Assembly (NCBI GenBank): GCA_051942245.1 | Contig: JAVECL010000070.1 | Span: forward strand, 1-62,836 | Direction of reading: 5' to 3' | Length of the DNA stretch: 62,836 bases | From: Trypethelium eluteriae | Taxonomy: Eukaryota | Program-made: the position numbers and the translations under genes | Notes under the pieces: generated by a model | Databases searched by the model: none | What the model saw: only the letters and a program-made list of their open reading frames with translations | Told to the model about the DNA's origin: nothing | Shown: positions 37,201-47,676 of the stretch, one piece after another | Numbering within the stretch: the first letter of the stretch is position 1 | Layout of the letters: each line of letters begins with the position of its first letter

Positions 37201-40200
37201 CGACGGCATAATGGGCGTGATCCATTCCCTCGGACTGACGATCCGGCAAGAGCAGTCGCTTTCCAGCCTAGTGTCACGATCTCACGGTGGCAGGATGAAG
37301 CCCGTCTGCTGTTTGGTAACGAATACATTGAAAAAGCACAGCGTGTGATCAATTCTATCCTGAAGTTGCTTGTTCCGCCTGCCATCGAAGAGAAGAAGAA
37401 ACGTGATGAGGAGGCTGCCAAAAAGAAAGCAGAAGAGGAGGCTCGGCTGAAGAAAGAGCAAGAGCAGCGTGAAGCACAAGAGAAGAAAGAGCGTGAAGAG
37501 CGCGAAGCCCGGGAGCGCGAAGAAGCTGAGGCTCGTCGGCGTGAAGAGGAAGCTGCGCGACAGGCGGAGCAACAAACTGAGGAATCGATAACAGAGACTG
37601 AGACAGAAATGGAGGGCGTCGAGCCTACACAGCCAGTAGAGGCTTCAGGTGACCAATCTGCTGGTCCATCAGAGCCTAGACCACGGGTCACTGCTACGTT
37701 CCGCAATCAGGAGGTGGACATCACCGACTTGGGTATCGACGTCGGCTTCCTTGAAGCTCTACCTGAAGACCTTCGGGAAGAAGTACTCCAAACTCAGGTC
37801 CTGGAACATCGTGCACGTGCCGCTGAATCCGGCCAGGAACCAGCCGGTTTCGATCAAGAGTTTCTTCAAGCATTGCCCCCCGATATTCGAGAAGACGTCC
37901 TCCGACAAGAAGCGATCGCTCGCCGACGACGTGAACGAGATGAACAGCGGCGTCGTGCTGCTGCTGCGAGCGGCGGACCTCCTCGTGCAGAAGAGATGGA
38001 TCCCGCAAGCTTTCTGGCCTCCCTTGATCCTGCCCTACGGCAAGCTGTGCTCATGGAGCAAGACGACAACATTCTTTCGCAGCTTCCAGAAGAAATTGCA
38101 GCAGAAGCACGATCATATGGCGGGGGCCGCATGGAACAACTCATAAGTATGGGCGCCGGACGGCCACCACGCTTCACCGGTCGCGAAGCGCTACGAGCTG
38201 ACGGAGATGGCGAGCAATCCCAAAAGCCACAACGACGACAGGTTGTACAGATGCTTGACAAGGCCGGTGTTGCGACGATCCTACGTCTTATGTTCATTCC
38301 TTTACAGGGCTCAGTCAAGTCGACTATGCAGGGTATACTTCGTGATGTCTGCGAGAATCGAACCAATCGTTCAGAAGTGGTTACATTGCTTCTCTCGATA
38401 CTGCAAGATGGCAGCTATGATATGAATGCCGTCGAGCGCAGCTTCTCTAACCTGTCACTACGTGCCAAGCAGCCGGCGAGCCAGAAGACACCTCAACCAG
38501 CTCTCAAACGTACTCTTACAGGACAGCCACTTCTTCCCACCAACACTGACATATCCCCACTCATGGTCGTCCAACAGTGCTTGAACACCCTCGGCTTCCT
38601 GACTCAGTATAACGGTCACATTCCCTCGTTCTTCCTGACCGCCCACGAGTCCAGTGTCAATATCGGAGGCATGCGCTCAAACAAAAAGGGCAAAGGCAAG
38701 GAGATTAAAGGTGCCAAATTTCCACTCAATTCTCTTCTGGGCCTGTTAGACCGAAAACTGGTTACCGAAAGCTCTAGCGTCATGGAACAGCTTGCTGGTT
38801 TACTCACTATCGTCACCCACCCTTTGACTATCTTAAGTAGGAAGAAGGAAAAGGTTGAGGAGGAGAAAAAGGATGAAAAGAAAGATGAATCAGGAGCCTC
38901 TCGAGAGGCTGAAGGAGCTGCTGAAAGAGACTTGACGGTGTCAAGCACTGGAGTCCCAGCCGAAACTGCCACAGAAACTACAATGCAGGACGCCGCCACA
39001 ACGGAACCTTCAGTGCCGGCAGAAAACAAGGAGAACGAGGTAAAAGAGGCGGAAAAGCCTAAGAAACACCATAACTTGGTTCCCCCAGAAATTCCTGAGC
39101 CCAACTTCCGCCTTGTCGTGAATATCCTCACTGCTCGCGAATGTAGCAGCAAAACTTTCAAAGACACCTTGACGTTGATGAACAATCTTTCCCACATTAA
39201 CGAGGCTCGCGACATCTTCGGGCAGGAGCTCGTCAACTCTGCCCAGGAGCTTGCTCACGCCATTTGGAAGGATCTCGAGGAACTGATTGCTCAGGTCGAC
39301 AAGGCCAAAAGTGGCACGGATGTCCAAGGATTGGCTCTCTGGAAATTCTCACCTACCAGCTCTGATCAAACGAAGCTGCTACGTGTATTGACAGCACTCG
39401 ACTACCTCTTCGATCCCAAGCGAGTCGAATTGCAGGACCCGCCAAAACGGGCTCCAGACGGGCTGACCTTAGAGCAGAAGTCGGAGATTCTGACCACGCT
39501 CTATAACAACCGAGAATTCACTGGACTGTGGGACAAGCTCAGCGAAAGCCTCAGCGCCATTCAAAGACGAGAGAATATGTTCAATGTCGCTCAGATCCTT
39601 TCTCCGCTCATAGAAGCTTTCATGGTAGTGTGCAAGAACACGACACTCAAGGACGTACCTTTGACCAAGATCGCATCGAAAGAGATCGCAATCTCCTCGC
39701 CAGCTCCGGAATCGCAAATGGAGAGCCTATTCTTCAAGTTCACCGAAGAACACCGGAAAATACTCAACGACCTTGTCCGCCATAATCCCAAGCTCATGAG
39801 CGGTACATTCTCATTGCTAGTCAAGAATTCGAAGGTGCTGGAATTTGATACCAAGCGTAACTACTTCAATCGCCGACTTCACCAACGCAGCACGGAGCAG
39901 ACCATCCGTCATCAACCTCTCCAACTTCAAGTTCGGCGCGAGTTCGTCTTTCTCGACTCCTTCAAATCCCTATACTACAAAAAGGCCGACGAGGTCAAGT
40001 TTGGAAAGCTCAGTATTCGTTTCTTCGGCGAAGAAGGTGTCGATGCTGGTGGGGTTACCCGTGAATGGTTTCAAGCACTCGCTCGCCAGATGTTTAACCC
40101 TGACTACGCACTATTCCAATCCGTCGCCTCCGACCGCACCACTTTCCACCCAAGTCGCCTATCGTCTATCAATCACGAGCATTTGATGTACTTCAAATTC

Positions 40201-41116
40201 ATCGGCCGCATCATTGGCAAGGCTCTCTATGAAGGCCGTGTCTTAGATTGCCATTTCAGTCGAGCAGTCTACAAGCGAATGCTCGGGAAGACGGTATCTG
40301 TCAAGGACATGGAGACGCTTGATCTGGATTACTATAAGAGCCTGGTGTGGATGCTGGAAAATGACATTACGGATATCATCACAGAGACCTTCTCGGTGCA
40401 AATTGATGAGTTTGGGGAGCAGAAGACGATTGATCTGATCGAGAATGGACGGAATATCCCAGTGACGGAAGAGAACAAAAGGGAGTATGTGCAATTAGTC
40501 ACTGAGCACAAGATGATCGGCGCTGTATCCGAACAGCTTGAGCATTTCTTGACAGGTAAGTTTGACGTCCCTTCCTTAACTCGAACTCGCAAGACACTAA
40601 CTGTCATGCAGGCTTTCACGATATCGTACCTGCTGAACTCATTGCCATCTTTAACGAACAAGAGCTCGAACTCCTCATCTCTGGCCTTCCGGACATTGAT
40701 GTCGACGACTGGAAAAACAATACTGAATACCACACATACACCGCCACTGCACCGCAGATCCAGTGGTTTTGGCGCGCGGTGCGCAGCTTCGATAAGGAAG
40801 AGCGTGCGAAGCTATTGCAATTCGTCACGGGAACTAGTAAAGTGCCATTGAATGGATTCAAGGAGCTTGAGGGTATGAACGGATTCAGCAAGTTCAATAT
40901 CCATCGGGACTTTGGCAAGGCGGACAGGCTTCCAACTAGTCATACTTGCTTCAATCGTAAGTCCACTAATCTTCTAAGTCCAACAACATGGGACATAGAG
41001 CTAATCATTGCTTACTACCAGAACTCGATCTTCCTGAATACGAAAGCTATGAGGACCTCAGGAAGCAGCTGTACACTGCATTCACGGCGGGCAGCGAATA
41101 CTTTGGTTTCGCATAG
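28270..41116 (+). CDS. TOM1: HECT E3 ubiquitin ligase Tom1/HUWE1 family
   Basis: [19 protein letters not shown].., [19 protein letters not shown], long armadillo-like region, acidic tract, UBM-like repeats ([28 protein letters not shown]), HECT domain ([32 protein letters not shown] stop). Introns near 28318, 36250, 36382, 36749, 40556 and 40957. Confidence 0.97.
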
Positions 41117-41690
41117 AGGACGGATGGCAAAACAAAAGCTCATATTTACTTCTTCACCTACATCCTTAACCTCCTAGATTGAGAAAAGCACATTTTCACC
41201 TTAATCAAATCGAGAACGAGTACTACGCGCATGGACACACGAGGAATGGGAACTCTGCTTTGCATTTCTCCGGCGTTGCGATCACGAGTTTAATTCCATA
41301 CTGTCCGGACTTCTGGCTTTACTCACATTGCTTCGCTTTGCTTTGCCGGAATCGGCTCTGCTGAGTGGTGGAACAGGGCGGAGGAGTTTCATGCAGATTG
41401 CTTTCTCGATGCTGTACATTACACACCCGCTACACTTTCGTTCTTGGGGGAGCAGATATGGCTACTGGCAAATGGGGTCGGTCGAAGTGCAGGTCGGCTG
41501 GCTCAGACCCGGTGAGCCTGGCTCGATGAGTTGTATGTAGTTACTCAAAATTTATAGCAAAATGAGTCTCAATTTGCTCCAAATCCATTTCCAGTAAAAG
41601 TCGGTCAAATTTGCGAATTTGGTCATGTGGCAACTCTCGCCTATCTAATGGGCAGCAAAAGATCTTCACTAGCGTTGGCATCATTGATGT

Positions 41691-43336
41691 TCACTCTAAG
41701 TTTCTATCCTCGACCTTGCGCGGATGCCGTTCCCACATGAGGAATGATACCAAGAACACCAGGCCACTGAAAGCAGCGACGACGTGCATCTGCAGACTGT
41801 AAGCGTCTGCAAATGTCACTCTGATCTGGTTTCGCTGCGGCTCTTTCAAGCTGTTGATGTTGGAGGCCGAATCGGAAATTTTTGACAGCTCTACCGGATC
41901 GATGATGTTTCGCAACTTGCTAGAAACATGATTGTTGAAGATAGAAGAGCAGATGGCGAGCCCTAGTGTTCCACCTAAGACACGAATTCGTGTCAACGCG
42001 CCCATCGTTACAGCCATATCCTTGTCCTCGACGACCAAAGGCGTCATGATGAGGATGGTGCTTAGACCGATGCCAAAGCCAAGACCCATGATAACTTCAT
42101 ACCCGAATTGTTGTTTTTCCAGATGCAGTGGTACGCTTGGAAGTGACCCAAGTAGGCATACACCGACCAACTGCAAAATCGACCCCGCTACTATGAGGTA
42201 GAAGGGAGGGATCTTCAAGTTGGATACAAGATATCCGCTGAGACCGCTTGCAAGAGGCGAGCATAGCAGGAGCGGCATTAGATAAACGCCAGCAAGAAGC
42301 GGCGAGACTGCATTGATGGCTTGGAAGCGCTGCGGAAGGTTGACGATAACAACCATAAATGGGAAGCCGGTGAAAAAAGCGTAGAGCATCATGCCGGAAA
42401 TCATACGGTCCTTCAGTAAGCGAATAGGGAATACGGGTTCCTGCGTTGACTGAGGTCGGTCAACGTAGTGCTCCCACAGTGGAAACAGGATCCAGCAAAT
42501 GCAGGCGCAGACTAGGGAAGAGATCATGGCAGCGCTATCCCAGGCAAAGCGCGCACCGGCTTCCTCGAGGACAAAAACGAGCAGAACGCTGGCGGAGAGG
42601 AGGAGGAATGCTCCAATAAAGTCGACTCGGTGCCAAGCATGATTATGGACGCGCTTGCGTATAAGCATGAACATTGCAGTATCCGCAGCAGTTGCTGGCA
42701 AGAAGATGACGAGGAGTAACATCGCGACCGCTCCAACGGGGCCACTAGAGATAAACGTTAACCCATATGGCAATCTTTCTCAGTAGAGCGAGCAGGATCA
42801 GGCACTTCCTCCCAAAGATATCGCTGAATTTTGCGTATATCGTCAGAAAGCCTGGGCGTCGTTAATGGGTCAGGAAATGTCGGCATAATCTATAGGCACT
42901 TTCGCTACTGACCAGTATAGGTCAGCAAGTAGGATGTGACGATCCAGTCCCTTTGGGCGAATCCATTAAGTTCGTTCGTAATCGATACCAAGGCTGTGCT
43001 GACGATCGTGGTCTCCAGTGTCGACAACAGTAGACTGACACAGAGCCTTGAAGACAGATTAGCGGGTTAGAAGGAAACGGACCTGGCAGAAGGTTACCCT
43101 AGTACCAAGACATTCAGACGCCATTTCTCCTTTGGCTGGCCAGCCTTCTCTGCTGCCGTGGGCGAGGCATTGATAGGTTCAGTAATACTCCTATCAGACA
43201 CGGACGGTGCTTGAGAGGCTGATCGAGAATATATTGACGTCGCTTCCTCTGTCGGGTTGGCGACACAGAATATCTGATCCTCGCTCAAAGACCGAAGCTC
43301 CACAGGCATTTGCTGTGACGCATCCTGCAGGGTCAT
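41691..43336 (-). pseudogene. DHA2/EmrB-type 14-TM MFS efflux transporter with an internal deletion
   Basis: Exons give LCVSLLLSTLETTIVSTALVSI..WIVTSYLLTYTG|FLTIYAKFSDIFGRKCLILLAL, then run into an intron 3' end (TTAAC..CTCTAG) with an in-frame TAG at 42747-42745. Coding resumes at GPVGAVA..RVDFIGAFLLL..PQRFQ. The expected TM3-TM5 and WRW segment is absent. Confidence 0.75.
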
Positions 43337-44193
43337 TGCTGTGGCATTGATAGAGGCAAAGCTGTCGCTATGAGTTCACAGCCGAAGACGGTACTCGAGA
43401 ATGGAAAACACACGCTGGTATGAGGGTCTGTGGTGCCGTAGGATTCTTCGCGGGTATCGTACCCAGTGTGGGGACACTCGCGCATACAAAAGGTGCATGT
43501 TTGCTACTTTCACTCCGGCTGAACACAGCTAGTGGCACGGACGAGGATAGTTGAGCAGTTGCCTTCCACCGCGGGCGACAGTGAGTGTACCTCTATACCG
43601 GGAGGCTGGATAGGCGGTGGAGTACTCTATGTACGATATGCAACGCCCTGATGCTTAGCTTCCGGGCTACTCCGTGTAGAGGGAGGGATCAACGGCCCAG
43701 GCTCCAGATCCTTGCACCTACACGGCCCAGAAACAAAGAAAGCGAACACCGAATGCCAAAGCCATCGATCCATCAAACGGGAGGGCGTGTCCGGTAAGAC
43801 GACCAACACCATGGGGTAGTGCACAGTGAGACTACCTGGATGCATTCGTCATGTCACAGTGAACTGCGGCTCTTGCAAGGTGGTCCATCCAACCACTACG
43901 AGCGAAAGAGTCTCCACACGAGACAATGTCCGACGCAATGTTATTACGGTACGATAATCGTGAATCACGCTATCGGCCTCTCTACCTTAAGTCGACCGTT
44001 CTCGCGTGGATCTCATGTCTCGACATTAAAGCATCGACATCACCGAGAGATTAAGGTGAGAAATTTAGTATAATGCCCCCATCATCAGATCCATGTTTCG
44101 TATTGTGCACTATCTCTCATGTTTTCTGATCGTCATTTCTTCGGGCAACTTGTGGTTCGACAGAGTCGATTTTGCATGCCACAGGAAGAGAAT

Positions 44194-45853
44194 ATGCCTC
44201 GTGCATCGTCTACAGCAGACTTACCAAAGCGCAAGATACTAGTGGTAGTCACCGTCGGAGGAGCAACCAATGTCGGTGAGTCTACGGTTGGATCGAATAA
44301 AGAGCAAGCTCTTAACCTACTCTGTCTCAGCACCTATCTTGCAAGTCTGCTCTGTTCTAGCCCAACGAGGTCACAGAATCGACTTCGCTACACTGCAAAC
44401 TAGAGAGTCACTAGCTAGCCCATACCCATTCATATCCAACATCCACACTCTGGGCCGTGGTATTACCGCCACCGAAGAGGAACAGCTTTATTCCCGCTTC
44501 AATGAGTGGGCTGGCAATACGATCGAAGGGAAGCGCACTATTGTATGGGTAAAGCGATTCCACGATTCCTTCTGGCCGGAAACCTACCACAAGCTCAAGC
44601 ATCTTGTTCAGGTAGTGAAACCGGATCTTATTTTCGCCGACTACCAGGTCGAGGCTGCTCGCGATGTGACCCATGAGGCGTGTATCTCTTTGGTCGTGAT
44701 GTGGTGTCAGATGCCATGGCTGCTGATGCCGCAGAAATACATTCCCGGTCAGCCGGGTATGCAACAGAGGTGTCTTACTAGCGAGAATGCCTCCATTTAC
44801 GATCGACTCTTTGATGCTACTTACTTGCTTCGCGCCGCTCCATACTTCCTCCAGTATCTATCTTGGATGCGCAAGATGCGGCGGGAAGCTGGCCTAGTGA
44901 ATCCGCCACAAGGTTCGAAGCCGGACCATCTTCTTCTAGTCAACTCCTTCTGGGGCATAGAGCCCCCGAAAGATCTTCCACCGCTAGCTCATCCCGTCGG
45001 TCCTCTACTGTCCGACTCTTACACTCCGCTTGACCCAGCGTCCAAGGCATTCCTTGACACACATCCTCGCGTCGTCTACGTGGCATTTGGCACTCACGTG
45101 CTCATGACAGCAGAGCGTTTGACCAAACTCATTGCCGGCCTCGATGCTGCGATCCAAGGTGATGAGATTGATGGGGTTTTCTGGGCCATCAAAGACGCTT
45201 CTCGAGCGTGTGTCCTCCAAACAGCCAATGTTCCGATACTCAACGGACCGACATACCAGGAGCTATTTAGGAACGGATTGGCCAAGTGGTTTTTCGCCGA
45301 CTACGCCCCTCAGCGGGCCGTTCTGCGTCATTCGTCAGTAAAGATTTTTGTCACCCACGCTGGTCCTTCATCCGCCAATGAGTCGATCTTTCATGGTGTC
45401 CCAATGATTGCCATGGGAATCTACGGTGATCAACTTCCAAACTCACGTCGTTTAGTAGAAGCAGGAGTTGCCATTCGTCTTGACAGGAATCAGTTTACCT
45501 CTGCGTCGCTGTCTTCAAGTATTTCCTGCATCCTAAATGACGAGGGCCATTGCTTCGAGCGCAACGTATTGCGAATGCAGTGCATAGCTCAGGTCAACTC
45601 GCGCAGAAAATATCTTGCAGCCGATCTCGTCGAGGAATACCTTTTTGATTGGGAATTGCGATTTGAACACACGCCAAATTGGGGGTTGGAAGGTAAAGCA
45701 CATGAAAGGGGAAAAGAGCTTCGCCCGATGCATCTTCAAACTGCTGATGCACGCATGTCCTGGTTCAAAAGAAACAACTTGGATCTCTATATTCTGGCTG
45801 CTGTAGTATTTCCGATTCTACCATTCCTGTTGATAGTTCTCTTATTCGTATGA
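44194..45853 (+). CDS. Family 1 UDP-glycosyltransferase with C-terminal membrane anchor
   Basis: MPRASS..ILVVVTVGGATNV|APILQVCSVLAQRGH (intron 44276-44330), PDLIFAD, VVYVAFGT, UGT signature YAPQRAVLRHSSVKIFVTHAGPSSANESIFHGVPMIAMGIYGDQ, hydrophobic C-terminus. Frame intact. Confidence 0.92.
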
Positions 45854-45857
45854 GGTA

Positions 45858-46715
45858 TCATTGCCCTAAGGTTGCCTTCAAAATCACATTTTGAATCACA
45901 TCCGTCATTTCATCAGTCACCCCACTAGGCGAGCGAGGAATCTCGTGTCCTGCGCCATGGTCATAGGTTACTCTACCATAGTCCTGGCATAGCTTGGCCA
46001 GAACGTGCGCGTGCTCTACATCGGGATCTCTGGCCCCGTAAATATGGGCGCTAGGGACCAAGATGACGGGCTCCTCCTCCTTCCCTGGTTCCAAGAGCTC
46101 CACGACGCCCTTCTTCAGAGCCTGTTCCGAGAAGGGAATGTCGGCACAGATGAAGATGGCGAGGCTGAATGGCGCATGGCATCCATGTCGCGCAAGCAGC
46201 ATAGCAGCAAGAACGGCACCTTGAGAAAACCCCAAGATGCCATCGAACGGCCCGGCCTTCTTCACGTAAGCATCCAGATCTTTGATGGCTTCCAAAATGC
46301 TAGATGCCGACCCAGAATCGTAGTATGCAAGGCACTCATCGGGTCCAAGATTCAAAGTTTCGGAACCTGTGTACGGATAAGCAACGTTGGCACCTAAAAA
46401 CGGTAGGAAGAGGGGGGGGGGGGGGAAGAGCAATGAAATGAGGGGGGATGAGATAACAGACCTGGAGCTGGCGGCCATTGCAGCTCACCATCCACGAACT
46501 CAAACTTGTGAACATGTGGCTGGCAGATCTCGCTCCTGAGAGCCGCTGGACCTTATGTCAGTCTACAGAGCCATACAAGGGAAAGTTTAGCTATTCGAAC
46601 CTGTCTGTAGCTCAAGAATCTGAATGGGATTAGTTTCACTTATGTTATGGGAGGAGCTACAGGCTTTACAGACCTTTGAGTTGGTACCCATTCCGTGTAG
46701 ACAGAGGAACAGCAT
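45858..46715 (-). CDS. FSH1/LovG-family serine hydrolase (candidate trans-acting polyketide-releasing esterase)
   Basis: Spliced MLFLCLHGMGTNSK|ILELQT|AALRSE..FEFVDGE.., GPFDGILGFSQGA nucleophile motif, GARDP (Asp) and HGAGHEIP (His). Three introns. Confidence 0.88.
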
Positions 46716-47676
46716 GGCCGTAGCAGCGTTAGAGTTCTACCAATGAGAGTATCGGAGGGTGAAGGAGAATCATCTACGGCCGAGGTGGCAGAGTCTTCAA
46801 GGATTGGATTCAACCGAGAAATGTCTGGGCCCAGGGATGCCAAGGTCACGAGGAACGGTCAAGGGGCTGTGATGAAAAAGGCAGTCAAGATTGGCCGGAC
46901 CGCTAATTACAGAAGCAGCTATATCACAACCGGCCCAGCACCGACCAGATTGGTAAGTGAGTTGGCTACAAGAGCAGAATGTTGGACCACGTTAAGCAAG
47001 ATAATAAAGCACCTGGCTACACAAGCAGCTGTGTCGTGGCCGCGGTTCAACGGTGTTCTACGCATTATTTCAAGATATCAAGGAGGAACGGGGCCAATAG
47101 CCGGAAAATTACCGTGAAAGTGTGAATATTGGGTCAATCTCAGAAGAGAACGCTTCAAGATCACGATCCTAGGATTTCTGCGAGTTGAACAACGACGGTC
47201 CATGCGTAAAGGTCAATCTTACTGTGTAATTAATCGTGAGAATCACAAGCATCTGGCGTATATGGGTCATCGTCCAGGCAGTGTAATCCACAAGCTTTCG
47301 CCACCTTTCCACTGCACACAACGTCGATCGCAGTGCTAATTACTTGTTCATGATCTCCATTGAGAGCAATCTGGACTCCGTGTTGAGCGTCCTAATTCAA
47401 CTGTCCTTTAGAAAGCAGTGGGTCCAACGAGTCCCTACGACCCACTTTCCAGGCACTTATTAACACTTACGGGGCAAATTGACGGGCCCAATCGATTAAT
47501 CGATTAATCTCTCCAAAGATCCACTCGCTAGCTTGCTGCGTGTGTATATATTGACTTGCGGTGTCCTGTATTTCGTTCTCTCTCCTTTCTTCACCTGGCT
47601 TGTTACTCTCCTCTGAAGATAGCTATATCTGCTTACTACTTGATTCTTGAGCACATTCATCTCTTCTTCTGTGGTC

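Noticed and set aside
28347..40851. Two separate giant ORFs (2710 aa and 1519 aa)
   Set aside because: They are exons of one TOM1 gene joined by ordinary introns around 36250-36583.
46412..46425. G14 homopolymer
   Set aside because: Lies in an intron of the hydrolase (poly-C on the sense strand); no coding consequence.
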